From the sequence record PQ184829.1: a stretch of DNA of 32,000 bases. One strand, given 5' to 3'. The notes under the pieces were generated by a model. The model worked only from the letters and a program-made list of their open reading frames with translations. It was not told the DNA's origin and did not search any database. Position numbers and translations under genes: made by a program. This document shows, one piece after another, positions 1 to 10,069 of the stretch (within the stretch, counting starts at the first letter, position 1; every line of letters begins with the position of its first letter). Source of the DNA: Arthrobacter phage Kalizoi.

Positions 1-1
1 T

Positions 2-262
2 GTGAACACGACCGGTAACGGTCTGATGCACAAGGTCCAGCTCAACGGCGCGGATATGCCCGTCAACACTTGGGTATTCCGCATCAAGGACGGCCCGCGC
101 AAGATTCAGATCGTGGTCCCGCTGGGACAGGTCACCGAGCGCGGCGAAATCTCCTTCACCCAGAAGGATGCAGTACAGCTTCCGGTCAAGCTCACCACTT
201 ACCCGGATGCACTCGGCAACAACGTCTACATCTACACGGATACCGGCGTTTACACCGCGTAA
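2..262 (+). CDS. C-terminal part of probable major tail protein (partial at window edge)
   Basis: Open from window start; beta-rich Ig-like C-terminus (MPVNTWVFRIKDG...VYTA) directly upstream of tail assembly chaperones, the usual siphovirus position. Confidence 0.5.
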   Translation: MNTTGNGLMHKVQLNGADMPVNTWVFRIKDGPRKIQIVVPLGQVTERGEISFTQKDAVQLPVKLTTYPDALGNNVYIYTDTGVYTA

Positions 263-351
263 CAAAACTCCCGGGGCAGGTTGGGATCGCCTGCCCCGGG
301 GTACCACCCCTGATCCCAAACTTCCATCTCATAGAAAGCGTAGTGATCCCC

Positions 352-765
352 ATGACTACCACCCCCGAATTTTCCGAGTCCGAGCTGGCCGAGCTTCGCC
401 GCATCCAGGCCCAGCAGGCCGCACAGCAGGTCGAACAGCCGATCAGCGAGGTACTCGACAACGTACCCTCCGTGTACCGGGTCCCGGCCTCCAAGGCCAG
501 CCTGCACCAGAACCAGTTCCGGTTCCAGCTCCCCGGCGAGGACAACGTACGGTCCATCCCGAAGCTCAAGTACCTCAAGCCCAGCATCGCCATTCAGGTG
601 GAGGGCATGCCCGTCCAGCAGGCGCTGCAGCTCCTGTTCTCCCTGTACCAGCCCGGTCTGATCGACGAGTTCGACGACATGGAACAGCTCGAAGGCGTCA
701 TTAAGGCTTGGGCTGACGCGTCCGGAGTCTCGCTGGGGGAATCGAAGCCCTCCTCGAACTCCTAA
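352..765 (+). CDS. Tail assembly chaperone (G-type, upstream frame)
   Basis: ATG at 352 within ORF 70-765; lies immediately before the frameshifted partner and the tape measure. Confidence 0.8.
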   Translation: MTTTPEFSESELAELRRIQAQQAAQQVEQPISEVLDNVPSVYRVPASKASLHQNQFRFQLPGEDNVRSIPKLKYLKPSIAIQVEGMPVQQALQLLFSLYQPGLIDEFDDMEQLEGVIKAWADASGVSLGESKPSSNS

Positions 766-1118
766 GGGAGCACAGGGGGGCGATTGAATACACCCTCCTG
801 CAGATGGGCAAGAAGCTGGATTGGCTCGGCAGCGACGACCTCGACTGGCGTGAACTGTGGATGATAATTTCACATACGCAGATGGGGTCGGCGCTGGCCG
901 AGTCAATGCACGGCGAACAGTCCCGCTGGAGGATCACCGACTATCTGTTGGCTATGGTGGCTGACGCGCTGCACGATGCGAACTGGCAGCGGGGTGGCGG
1001 TAAGGGTGCACAGCCGGAGCGGGTAAAGCGTCCCGGCGTGAAAGACAAATCAACCCAATCATTCGGTTCTGAACCGATCAAAATCAGCGAATTTAACGAC
1101 TGGTGGGCAGGAGACTAA
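738..1118 (+). CDS. Tail assembly chaperone, -1 frame extension (GT-type product expressed from 352)
   Basis: The -1 frame is open from ~735 to 1118 and reads GIEALLELLREHRGAIEYTLLQMGKKLDWLGSDDLDWRELWMIISH..., typical of T-frame partners. The overlap has a G5 run at 735-739 (CTG GGG GAA). Confidence 0.75.
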   Translation, partial: GIEALLELLREHRGAIEYTLLQMGKKLDWLGSDDLDWRELWMIISHTQMGSALAESMHGEQSRWRITDYLLAMVADALHDANWQRGGGKGAQPERVKRPGVKDKSTQSFGSEPIKISEFNDWWAGD

Positions 1119-1123
1119 ATCAC

Positions 1124-3685
1124 ATGACGGCAGTAGAGGTAGGGTCCGCGTATTTCTCGCTGCTGCCCTCGGTGAAAGGTCTCCAAGGCGCAATCGCCAA
1201 GGAAGTGAGCGGCGTCGACGGCAAGGCCGCAGGCGACCGCATTGGACAGGGCATGGGCGCGGGCATCTCGGGGGCCTTGAAGGCCGTTGTGGGTCCCGCG
1301 CTCGCCCTGTTCGCAGCCGACCGGATCAAGACATTCGCCTCCGAGTCGGTGGCGTCATTCTCCGAACTGGAAGACTCGACCGCAGCAGCGGGGGTCGTGT
1401 TCGGCGACTCGATGAATATGATCATCGACCAGTCCAAGACGGCAGGCTCCACTCTGGGTCTGTCCTCGCAGCAGGTCATCAACGCGGCCAACACGTTTGG
1501 TACTTACGGCAAGGCGGCTGGCCTTACCGGCAACGACTTGGCCGGGTTCTCCACCAAACTTACTGGCCTTGCCGGTGACATGGCGTCCTTCAAGGGCACC
1601 TCCACCGAGCAGGCAATCGAAGCGGTCGGTGCAGCCCTCCGGGGTGAGACCGAACCGATTCGCGCTTACGGCGTCATGTTGGACGACGCAAGCCTAAAAG
1701 ACGAGGCAATGCGCCAGGGTCTGATCACGACGACCAAGGACGCACTGACCCCGCAGCAGAAGGTGCTGGCGGCTCAGGCGCTGATCTTCAAGCAGACCGC
1801 CGACGCTCAGGGCGACTTCGCCCGGACCTCGACCTCCACGGCCAACGTAGCCAAGACCCTCTCCGCTGAATCCGAGAACCTGTCGGCCAAGATCGGCGGC
1901 TTCTTGGCCCCTGCCTTCACCGCAGTGAGGCTCAAGGCCCTAGACGGCGTGCGAGGCATTTCTGGGTTCTTGGATAGGGTGTCGGAGGCCAAGGAGACGG
2001 CACAGAACGGCGGCACCAACGTCGCGATCATGCAGTCCCTGTTCGGGGTGGACTCCTCGCTGGTCCAGCCGCTGGCCGAAGCAACCGGTGTTGCCCGGGC
2101 CTTCTTCGGCGGACTCAAGAGCGACGGCGACATTACCTCGGACGGGCTGGCAGGCAAGTTCGAAGAGGCAGGGTTCCGGATCGGGCAAGTCTGGCAGGAC
2201 GCCCAAGGCTCCGGACGGGCGTTCTTCACCACGTTGATCGGTGGCGGTGAGGAGGTCACCTCCTCCGGAATCGCTGGGTTCTTTGAGGGTCTCGGGATCA
2301 CGATCCACGACTCACTCGGCACCGCCGTCGCGACCATCGGGCCGATCTTCTCTGGACTCTTCTCCACTCTGGGTCCGGTGCTGGGTGCGCTGATTCCTCA
2401 GGTCCTCCAGTTGTTCACGACGTTCTCGCCACTGGGGATGATCTTCCAAGCGCTGATGCCGGTGCTGCCAGCACTGGCCGGAGCCTTGGGGTCCTTGGGT
2501 GCGGCAGTCGGAACCTCGCTTGGTGCGATCCTGACCGCGATCATGCCGACCCTGCAGCAGTTCGCGACGATGTTGGTCAACCAGCTCGGCTCGTTGTTTG
2601 TAGCGTTGGCCCCGGTCCTGATTTCCCTGTTTGCCCAGCTCGGCAGCTTCTTCACGATGATCGCTCCAATCGTGTCGCAGCTCGTGACTGTAGTGGTCCA
2701 GTTGGTAGGGTCGCTGCTGACGGCTCTCATGCCGGTAATCATGCAGCTCGTGACGGCGGTAATGCCGATGGTCGTTACGATCTTCGGGGTGGTCCTCCAA
2801 GCGATCGCACCTTTGATCGCGATGATCGCTGATCTGCTGGTCCCGATAATCCAGGCACTGATGCCGGTCGTAATCACGGTATTTACCGCGATAGCCGATA
2901 TCATCACCAACGTGATGCAGATCGTGATGGGCATCATACAGGTGGTCACCGGGATCATCTCGGGCAACTGGTCGCAGGTCTGGTCCGGCATCCTGAACAT
3001 CGTATCTGGTATCTTCGGCACGATCCTGGCCGTGATTTCCGGCGTCCTCTCGACCATAATCTCGGTCGTGGGTGGCGGACTCAACGCGGTATTCGGGTTC
3101 TTCTCGTCGATCTTCTCCGGAATCGTCAACTACGTCACTACCTCATTCAACTCGATCGTCAATGGCGCATCAGGGATGATCGGTGATCTGGTTAACTTCT
3201 TCGGTGGGCTGATGGGCAAGATCACCGGAGCACTGGGCAATGTTGGTTCGGCGCTGTTCAATATCGGCAAGGATATAATCCAGGGTCTGATCAACGGTAT
3301 CGGGTCGATGATGGGTGCGATCGGTAATGCGATCGTCTCGCTCGTTCCCGGTCCCATTGTCGGGGTGTTCAAGGACCTCCTTGGTATCCACTCCCCGTCC
3401 CGGGTGTTCTTCGGCTTTGGTGTCAACACGGTCGAGGGCTACATCGGCGGCTTGGACTCGATGAAGGACTCGCTTGCGGGTTCGGTGGCGGGTCTGGTTA
3501 CCATGCCTGATGTTCCGGAGTTCGCAATCCAGGGTTCACGGGCAGCGTACGATGTGAAGCTGGGCGAGTACGGCGGAATGCGCAACGGGCCGCTCGTGGA
3601 GCAGCACGTTTACCCATCAGAGAAAATGAGCGAGGAGAACCTCGCTTCCATCTCGGCAGGAAAGATTGTAGGTGCTCTTCCGTGA
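1124..3685 (+). CDS. Tape measure protein
   Basis: 853 aa, longest ORF, long hydrophobic/alpha-helical central region, located after the chaperones. Confidence 0.95.
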   Translation: MTAVEVGSAYFSLLPSVKGLQGAIAKEVSGVDGKAAGDRIGQGMGAGISGALKAVVGPALALFAADRIKTFASESVASFSELEDSTAAAGVVFGDSMNMIIDQSKTAGSTLGLSSQQVINAANTFGTYGKAAGLTGNDLAGFSTKLTGLAGDMASFKGTSTEQAIEAVGAALRGETEPIRAYGVMLDDASLKDEAMRQGLITTTKDALTPQQKVLAAQALIFKQTADAQGDFARTSTSTANVAKTLSAESENLSAKIGGFLAPAFTAVRLKALDGVRGISGFLDRVSEAKETAQNGGTNVAIMQSLFGVDSSLVQPLAEATGVARAFFGGLKSDGDITSDGLAGKFEEAGFRIGQVWQDAQGSGRAFFTTLIGGGEEVTSSGIAGFFEGLGITIHDSLGTAVATIGPIFSGLFSTLGPVLGALIPQVLQLFTTFSPLGMIFQALMPVLPALAGALGSLGAAVGTSLGAILTAIMPTLQQFATMLVNQLGSLFVALAPVLISLFAQLGSFFTMIAPIVSQLVTVVVQLVGSLLTALMPVIMQLVTAVMPMVVTIFGVVLQAIAPLIAMIADLLVPIIQALMPVVITVFTAIADIITNVMQIVMGIIQVVTGIISGNWSQVWSGILNIVSGIFGTILAVISGVLSTIISVVGGGLNAVFGFFSSIFSGIVNYVTTSFNSIVNGASGMIGDLVNFFGGLMGKITGALGNVGSALFNIGKDIIQGLINGIGSMMGAIGNAIVSLVPGPIVGVFKDLLGIHSPSRVFFGFGVNTVEGYIGGLDSMKDSLAGSVAGLVTMPDVPEFAIQGSRAAYDVKLGEYGGMRNGPLVEQHVYPSEKMSEENLASISAGKIVGALP

Positions 3686-4551
3686 CGGATAACTCCCTTG
3701 CCCTCCCGTCGTTTGCGAGTCTGACGCTCACCACTGGAGAAAACGTCCAGTGGAACCCGGACTCGCAGTTGTTCATGACTGAGATTGAAGGGTGGAATGG
3801 CTCCTCGCCGGTCCGACGTGATAAATCGGACCGGCTGGGGGCACACGGCTCACACTCGGAGCGCGGTTGGAAGGACGAGCGGCTGATCACCATCCACGGC
3901 TCGTACTTTGGCCGCGCTCCTTGGGAGGCCGAGGAGAAGATCGAGGAACTCGCGGGGCTGTTTGGGGACGGCAACGCCGGGACCTTCACCACGGTAAGCT
4001 CCCGGGGCCTCCGAACGGCTGAGGTTTACCTCGCGGGCGATGGGTTCCAGCCAAAGTGGACCGGCAGGGCTCAATTCACGTTCACTATTTTCCTGCTGGC
4101 TCCGGACCCTCGCAAGTACGGTACGCCTCTAGTCTCCCCGGAGATTAGTGTGCCGACTGGAGGGGACGGCTTGAAGATGCCGCTGTTTACGCCCTCCGGC
4201 ACCTTGGATTTTGGGGTGGCGGGTAACCCCGGCACCACCTCGCTGAGGAACACCGGAACGGCTGACACCGGGCAAATCTTCACGGTGAAAGGCACTTACG
4301 TTCCAGGATTCACGATTACCGAGACCAATAGTGGTCGACGTCTGGTGTATACTGGAATTTTGCGAACCGGTCAAGAGCTGACTCTGAACTCCGACAACGG
4401 CGCAGTCTTGCTGGATGGTTACGCACCACGCGAGCTGGCCGTTTCGGAGTGGGTCCGACTGGGACGGGGCGAGTCCGGGGTTTGGTTGTTTGAGTCCCCC
4501 GGGTCGGTAGGTGCAACGATGAAAGTTGAGGTCAGGCCCGCATGGTGGTAG
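3682..4551 (+). CDS. Distal tail / minor tail protein (Dit-like)
   Basis: 289 aa, GTG start overlapping tape measure stop (GTGA); position and fold-like features of phage distal tail proteins. Confidence 0.7.
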   Translation: MTDNSLALPSFASLTLTTGENVQWNPDSQLFMTEIEGWNGSSPVRRDKSDRLGAHGSHSERGWKDERLITIHGSYFGRAPWEAEEKIEELAGLFGDGNAGTFTTVSSRGLRTAEVYLAGDGFQPKWTGRAQFTFTIFLLAPDPRKYGTPLVSPEISVPTGGDGLKMPLFTPSGTLDFGVAGNPGTTSLRNTGTADTGQIFTVKGTYVPGFTITETNSGRRLVYTGILRTGQELTLNSDNGAVLLDGYAPRELAVSEWVRLGRGESGVWLFESPGSVGATMKVEVRPAWW

Positions 4552-5699
4552 AAGATTCATACCGGGTGTTCGTAGGCGACGTCCGGACAGGGCGAGTCAA
4601 CGCAACCATCCCAGTCTCCGATTTCAAGTGGGGCATCCGTTTGAACGCGGCTGGGCCGGTAACCGCCACCATCCGCACGGCTTCCGAGGAGGCCAAATTC
4701 TTGGACCTGCGGAACCTGACCCTAACCAAGAAGCAGTTCCTCGGGGTGTCGTATGGTGAGACCATCTTGGAATGCGGTCCGATCTGGAAGCGCAGCTTCG
4801 ATCCTAAAACCTACGCGCTGTCGCTGCAGGCTCAGGGCTTGTGGTCGATCTTCGACCGGCGAAAGAACGTGCCCGGTGCCGCTCTCCGGGCAATCGGAGA
4901 CCCGGCGCGGGTGTCACCAGCTCTGGCCAGCTACAAGGTCCAGGGAAAGCATCTCGGATCGATCGCTCGGGAAATCGTGCGGCGATCCATTCAGGACAAC
5001 CCGTACGGCGGCGATCTGCCGGTGAGTCTGCCCGCAGATATCGCTGGGATTCACGAACGGGAATACTTCGGGTACAACCTCGGATGGATCGGCGACGACC
5101 TCCGGGAGCTTACCGGAGTCCAAGGCGGGCCGGACCTCCGGTTCCGCCCAAGGTTTAAGGCCGGTGACCCCTCGATGGTTGAGTGGGTTCTGGAACACGG
5201 GAAAGTGGACATTCTGCAGCAGTCCGGGCCGGACTGGAAGTGGGATGCCTCCGTGGAGAAAACCCCGGTGGCCGAATACGGGATCGAGCAGGACGGCTCC
5301 GGAATGGCCGACTTTGCATGGTCGCCCGGTTCCGGGCAGGAAGAGGCCATGCCGGTAGCGACCGCCCGGAACCTCACCCTGCTGCGTGCAGGCTACCCGT
5401 GGACCGAGACCGAGCAGGGCAACTCCCAAGAGGAAAACTTTTCTCTGCTGCAGGGGCTGGCCAACCGGACAATCTCGGACCACGTGCTCCCTTGGGACGC
5501 TTGGTCGATGATCGTCAAGGCCAACGGCAACCCGAAGCTCGGGTCGTACCTTCCGGGCGACTGGGCCAAGGTCCGCACCCCGAACGATCACCCGGTGCTC
5601 CCGCCCAACCGGGAGGCCCGGGTCCGGCTCCTGTCGATTGATGGGGACCACACCAACAACGTGTCAATGGGTGTAGCGCCGATCCAAGGGAGCGTGTAA
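4542..5699 (+). CDS. Minor tail protein (tail-associated, Gp37-like)
   Basis: 385 aa, overlaps upstream gene; syntenic with siphovirus baseplate/tail tip protein. Confidence 0.65.
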   Translation: MVVEDSYRVFVGDVRTGRVNATIPVSDFKWGIRLNAAGPVTATIRTASEEAKFLDLRNLTLTKKQFLGVSYGETILECGPIWKRSFDPKTYALSLQAQGLWSIFDRRKNVPGAALRAIGDPARVSPALASYKVQGKHLGSIAREIVRRSIQDNPYGGDLPVSLPADIAGIHEREYFGYNLGWIGDDLRELTGVQGGPDLRFRPRFKAGDPSMVEWVLEHGKVDILQQSGPDWKWDASVEKTPVAEYGIEQDGSGMADFAWSPGSGQEEAMPVATARNLTLLRAGYPWTETEQGNSQEENFSLLQGLANRTISDHVLPWDAWSMIVKANGNPKLGSYLPGDWAKVRTPNDHPVLPPNREARVRLLSIDGDHTNNVSMGVAPIQGSV

Positions 5700-6706
5700 T
5701 GACTGCGATTCCAGAAGAGCTTCCCCCGGTTCTGGAGCCGGAGATTGAAGCCAACGGGGTGCCCCGGCGCACGGTCGAACCTGACCCCATCCTCCAGCTT
5801 CGCCAGATGCTTTCGGATTTGGCACGGGAGGTCGCCAAGCTCAGCAAAAACTCGGACCTGCGGAACAGCTCGATTTCGGGTGGCGAGGGCTTGGTCGTCA
5901 AGGATGAATCCGGGGTAATCCGCCTCCGGATTTCCACTGAGGAAGCGGCGATCATCGCCTACAAGACGGACGGCACCGAGACGGCCCGGTATGGGCTGCT
6001 GGCGCACTCGGACCCGGGACAGTACGGGATCGAGGCCCTGACTTCGGCGGGGTGGTCCCACGTTGGAGCTGGGGTGGCGGACTGGGCGACCCTGGATGGT
6101 AAGCCGTCCACATTCCCGCCGTCCAGCCACACCCACCCTGGCTCCCAGATCACCTCCGCCGTTGCCAACGCCACAGCAGCAGTCACCGCCACCTCAGCCA
6201 GCCAAGCGGCTCTGGCGGACGGGTCCAGCTACGCATTCAACAACAACGTGACCGGGTCGACCTTCTATGCGGTCTGGGTCGGCAACGATGGTGGTTTCCA
6301 CTTGGGCCGGAACACCTCGTCCATCCGGTACAAGATGAATGTCCGGGAAGCTGCCAGTAGGCTCACCCCGTCAATACACGACCTCCGCACCGTGGTGTAC
6401 GACCGGAAACCCTCGTTCCGTCCGGTCCTGACCGTGGACGGCGAACCTGCACAAGGTCCCCAGTGGCGCTCCGAGGGCGCTAAGGACGAATACGGCATGA
6501 TTGCCGAGGAAGTGGCCAAGGTGTGGCCCGAAGTGGTGACCTACTTCGACGGCCAAATAGACGGTATCCGGTATGACCTGATCGGACCCCGGCTGATCCC
6601 GTACACTCAGCACCTCTTGGACACCGTGTCACAACAGGATAAACTAATTAAAGATCTGACCGCTCGGTTGGATCGTCTGGATGGAGGCAGCACCGCATGG
6701 CAATGA
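5699..6706 (+). CDS. Minor tail protein with C-terminal S74-type intramolecular chaperone domain
   Basis: C-terminal half ...SSIRYKMNVREAASRLTPSIHDLRTVVYDRK...YGMIAEEVAKVWPEVV...IPYTQHLLDTVSQQDKLIKDLTARLDRL matches the peptidase S74 domain pattern. Confidence 0.8.
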   Translation: MTAIPEELPPVLEPEIEANGVPRRTVEPDPILQLRQMLSDLAREVAKLSKNSDLRNSSISGGEGLVVKDESGVIRLRISTEEAAIIAYKTDGTETARYGLLAHSDPGQYGIEALTSAGWSHVGAGVADWATLDGKPSTFPPSSHTHPGSQITSAVANATAAVTATSASQAALADGSSYAFNNNVTGSTFYAVWVGNDGGFHLGRNTSSIRYKMNVREAASRLTPSIHDLRTVVYDRKPSFRPVLTVDGEPAQGPQWRSEGAKDEYGMIAEEVAKVWPEVVTYFDGQIDGIRYDLIGPRLIPYTQHLLDTVSQQDKLIKDLTARLDRLDGGSTAWQ

Positions 6707-7773
6707 AACGCGGTCTATTTGTTCCCCTGAATGGGGCGGCGGGCACTACGCCGATTGAGGCGAGGTTGGCCTTCGGTGGTCTGCTCGTCGAGAACGCGCC
6801 GGGTGTCCCCCGGTCGGGTGTGATGGAGAACTCAAAAACCAACTTGGTGTATGGCTCCGGCGCGAGCCTGAGCGCGGTTGTTGACCCGTCCCACTACGCG
6901 ATCCACCGGACCCAAGGTGAGGGGGTTTACGCCTTCGCCAACGAAGGCGCAACCACGGTCCCGCTGACGGCAGCACCGGTCGCGAACTCCCGGATCGACC
7001 TGATCTGGGTGAAGCAGAACGACATTGCCAAGGGTGACGCGGACAACCTCGCGGTGGTAGGGGTCGAGGTCGGCACCGCTGCGGCGACTCCGAGCGCTCC
7101 CTACGGCACGGTCCCGGCAGGCGCGATGGTTCTGGCCGAGGCGCTGGTCTCGGTCGGCAACACCCTCGGCACGCAGGTGACCTTCACTCAGGTATTTGAG
7201 TACACTGCCGCCCGGGGCAGCACGATCCGGGTCCGGGACCTCGCGGACCGCAACACGATCACCTCCCCGTACCTCGGCCAGCAGGTTATCCGGATGGATC
7301 GAAACAACCACGTCCAGAGGTGGAACGGCACCGCGTGGAAGTGGGTCTCGGACCCTGAGCGTTACTACGCCGACCCGGCAACATTCTCCACGACCTCGAA
7401 CACGGCGGACAAGGTAATCGGGATCGTCTCGGCGGCACCGACACGTACTTACGCCACCGTAGTCCGCGTGAACGGCCGTCTGACCGTCTCCTCTGCTGCA
7501 ATCGGCTCCGGATCACTCCAGCTCCGGACATGCGTCTCGGCTGGAGTGGAACTGGTCGACGAAGCCCAAGCAAAGTCGTTCGTGTCGTTCGGCCCCCCGG
7601 GGTCCTACTGGCTCACCGGCAACATGGAGACCGACTGGATCGCAATCGGCGCAGGCGTCTCGCCTCGTGCCCGTATCTGGACCCAAGTATTCTCGGGTGC
7701 AGTAGCGCACGCGGCCTCCAACGACCGCAAGCACAACCACCTCTGGTGCGAGGTGCTCCCCGCCGATGATTAA
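6697..7773 (+). CDS. Putative minor tail protein
   Basis: 358 aa, in tail operon, overlaps both neighbours. Confidence 0.6.
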   Translation: MAMKRGLFVPLNGAAGTTPIEARLAFGGLLVENAPGVPRSGVMENSKTNLVYGSGASLSAVVDPSHYAIHRTQGEGVYAFANEGATTVPLTAAPVANSRIDLIWVKQNDIAKGDADNLAVVGVEVGTAAATPSAPYGTVPAGAMVLAEALVSVGNTLGTQVTFTQVFEYTAARGSTIRVRDLADRNTITSPYLGQQVIRMDRNNHVQRWNGTAWKWVSDPERYYADPATFSTTSNTADKVIGIVSAAPTRTYATVVRVNGRLTVSSAAIGSGSLQLRTCVSAGVELVDEAQAKSFVSFGPPGSYWLTGNMETDWIAIGAGVSPRARIWTQVFSGAVAHAASNDRKHNHLWCEVLPADD

Positions 7774-8215
7774 GATCAACGGGGCACGCGGAGCAGTTCT
7801 GCTGGGGTTCGGTGGTATGTCAGTAGTTTTCGGACTGGCCTACCTGCCGACCCCAATCTCGATCATTCCCCCGATCCCGCTGGGACTGGGGCTGATCGAT
7901 TCATTGATCCCGTTGGGCTATTGGGGCGGTCTTTGGTTCCTGATCGGGCTGTACTTGATCTTCGGGGCCTTCCGTCAGGACCAGTCCCGGGCAATGGCTC
8001 TCTTTGCCGGAATGTGTGCAGTCTGGGGCCTGAGTTACACTTGGGCCTGGATTACCGGGATGGTCGAGCACAACCCGGCGTCCTCCCGGCTTTGGGTGGC
8101 GTCCACTGTCTACCTGTCGTTCTTAGTGGCGTGCATCGGGATTTCGAGGTTGGTGAATGCTCCAGTCCAGCGAGTACGGGAACTAATCGCTGAGATTGAA
8201 GAAGGGAACCACTGA
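7766..8215 (+). CDS. Multi-TM membrane protein, possible lysis-associated protein
   Basis: 149 aa with about four hydrophobic segments, between tail genes and endolysin. Confidence 0.5.
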   Translation: MIKINGARGAVLLGFGGMSVVFGLAYLPTPISIIPPIPLGLGLIDSLIPLGYWGGLWFLIGLYLIFGAFRQDQSRAMALFAGMCAVWGLSYTWAWITGMVEHNPASSRLWVASTVYLSFLVACIGISRLVNAPVQRVRELIAEIEEGNH

Positions 8216-8216
8216 C

Positions 8217-8543
8217 ATGACCGATCTCTCGGCACCGCTCTTTGATGTGATCAAGACGGCAGTTACGGTGCTGGGGTCCGGGGCTGCAATGTGGCTGGTC
8301 GCTAAGCTGACTCGTAAGAGCCAGCAGGAGTCGAGCCAAATTACGCTGCTCACCAACCTGATCGACCAATTGCAGGAAGAGCGGAACGCGGCGGTCCTCA
8401 CGGCCAAGCAGGTTCCACTCTGGCGGCGATACGCTCAGGGGCTAAGGGGCCAAGTTTACCGCCTATCGGAGCAGGTCAGCCGACTTGGGGAAACCCCAGT
8501 CGAGGCCGCTCCTATCGAACCTACGGAAGGACTAGAGCTGTGA
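8217..8543 (+). CDS. Small membrane-anchored protein (one TM plus coiled coil)
   Basis: ATG 8217; N-terminal TM (VIKTAVTVLGSGAAMWLVAKL) then charged helix; directly upstream of the amidase. Confidence 0.5.
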   Translation: MTDLSAPLFDVIKTAVTVLGSGAAMWLVAKLTRKSQQESSQITLLTNLIDQLQEERNAAVLTAKQVPLWRRYAQGLRGQVYRLSEQVSRLGETPVEAAPIEPTEGLEL

Positions 8544-9397
8544 CATACGATCTGTTCGAAGGCCATACTTCGAATAACTTTACACCGGGTTCTCAGGCCA
8601 ATGCGGTCTGGGGCCAGGGTCCTCGCCGGGTTGAATCAATCACGATTCACTGGTGGGGTAACTACGGGCAGGAGTTCTGGCAGGTCGAGAACTTCCTGTG
8701 CACGAACACCAAGCCGACCTCGGCACACTTTGTGGTGCAGGAGGGCTTGGTGTCTTGCATTGTCAACCCTGACGATGCAGCATGGCACGCGGGCAACCCG
8801 TACGGCAACACGACTTCCATCGGGATCGAGTGCCGACCGGAGGCCACGGACGGCGATTACCAGACCATTGCCGAGCTGGTCGCGTTCCTACGCAAAATCT
8901 ACGGCGACGTACCGCTCGTGCACCACTACGAGTGGCAGTCCACGGCTTGCCCCGGGACTTACGACCTCGCCCGCATCGATCGTCTCAGCCGAGGCGTGAA
9001 CGTAGCAGAATCAATTGAAGGGAGTTTGACCGTGGCAGAAGTAGACCGCGCAATCGCATACATCAAGGCTCTGGCATCTGACGGCTGGACGGACGCATCC
9101 GGCAAGAAGCATCCGGGCTTCATGTTCGTGATCGAGGAGAACCAGAAGCGGATCGACGCGCTGCCCGCTGCAGTCGCCAAGGCCGTCTGGGATACCCCGA
9201 TCAACCGAGGCACCGCCGAGAAGCCCGTGTACGTCCGGGCGCTGCAGGACCTCGCGAACAACGGCTCGGACACGGCCAAGACCATGGCCACCACCAGCAA
9301 ACTGCTTGACAGGCCTGCGGGGTCGGGTGGCGCTGTGGACGTGGAGGCAGTCGCCCAGTCCGTGTTCGACAAGATCATCGCTTGGCTCAAGCGCTAA
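8540..9397 (+). CDS. Endolysin, N-acetylmuramoyl-L-alanine amidase
   Basis: ITIHWWGNYG...SAHFVVQEG...AWHAGN...SIGIECRPEATD...HHYEWQSTACPGTYD is the amidase_2 zinc-ligand pattern. Confidence 0.9.
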   Translation: MTYDLFEGHTSNNFTPGSQANAVWGQGPRRVESITIHWWGNYGQEFWQVENFLCTNTKPTSAHFVVQEGLVSCIVNPDDAAWHAGNPYGNTTSIGIECRPEATDGDYQTIAELVAFLRKIYGDVPLVHHYEWQSTACPGTYDLARIDRLSRGVNVAESIEGSLTVAEVDRAIAYIKALASDGWTDASGKKHPGFMFVIEENQKRIDALPAAVAKAVWDTPINRGTAEKPVYVRALQDLANNGSDTAKTMATTSKLLDRPAGSGGAVDVEAVAQSVFDKIIAWLKR

Positions 9398-9416
9398 CCT
9401 CGGAGGAATGATCCCA

Positions 9417-9920
9417 ATGCTCGTATTCCATTTTGATCCTTGGAGCTTGCTCCAGTTGTTTGTCGGCGCGGTCCTGCCGCTGTTGGTTGGTCTGATCACG
9501 ACCCGCATGACGGCAGGTATCAAGAAGTCCATCCTCCTGCTGGGTCTGTCCGTTGTGACTTCGGCCCTCACGGAGCTGCTTTCTTGGTACCTCGGAGGAC
9601 ACAACACACCCTTCGACGTCTTCCAGTGGCTGACAATGGCTCTGCTGTCCTTCGTGGTCGGTGTCGGCCTGCACATGGGCCTCTACAAGACGCCGGGTGC
9701 CGATGGTACCTCCATCGCATCCCGGCTGGCAGACAAGGGGATCACAGCGGATACTCCGGACTACGGTCCCACATTTGCTGAGCAGTTCCCCGCTTTGCAT
9801 GACGCCACCGCCACCCTCGCACCGAATGTCGGACTCCCCCAGAGCTACCTGCACTTGGAGGCTCCGGAAGGTGATCTGGCGGCTTTCGTGGACGCTCCCG
9901 GACCCAAGCACAAGGCTTAG
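9417..9920 (+). CDS. Putative holin
   Basis: N-terminal multi-TM (LLQLFVGAVLPLLVGLITTRM...LLLGLSVVTSALTELLSWYL...WLTMALLSFVVGVGLHMGLY) after the endolysin; GGAGG 10 nt before ATG 9417. Confidence 0.65.
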   Translation: MLVFHFDPWSLLQLFVGAVLPLLVGLITTRMTAGIKKSILLLGLSVVTSALTELLSWYLGGHNTPFDVFQWLTMALLSFVVGVGLHMGLYKTPGADGTSIASRLADKGITADTPDYGPTFAEQFPALHDATATLAPNVGLPQSYLHLEAPEGDLAAFVDAPGPKHKA

Positions 9921-9931
9921 TTCAAGTCGAC

Positions 9932-9961
9932 TTGCGTCGTTAGCAAGGCATACGGTATAGT
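9932..9961 (+). promoter_or_regulatory. Candidate promoter TTGCGT-N18-TATAGT
   Basis: -35 TTGCGT 9932-9937, -10 TATAGT 9956-9961; overlaps 12-bp palindrome CAAGTCGACTTG at 9923-9934. Confidence 0.5.
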
Positions 9962-10002
9962 AGATTCCGGTACACGGCGTGCTGGCGGTCCTCCTAGGGA
10001 CT

Positions 10003-10035
10003 GGCCCCAGGATCAAAAGTCCTGGGGCCTTTCTC
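10003..10035 (+). terminator. Intrinsic terminator or leader attenuator
   Basis: GGCCCCAGGA-TCAAAAG-TCCTGGGGCC then TTTCTCTT: 10-bp perfect stem, 7-nt loop, U-rich tail. Confidence 0.85.
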
Positions 10036-10069
10036 TTGGACTGCTACTTGACAGATAGGAAAGAGCTTC

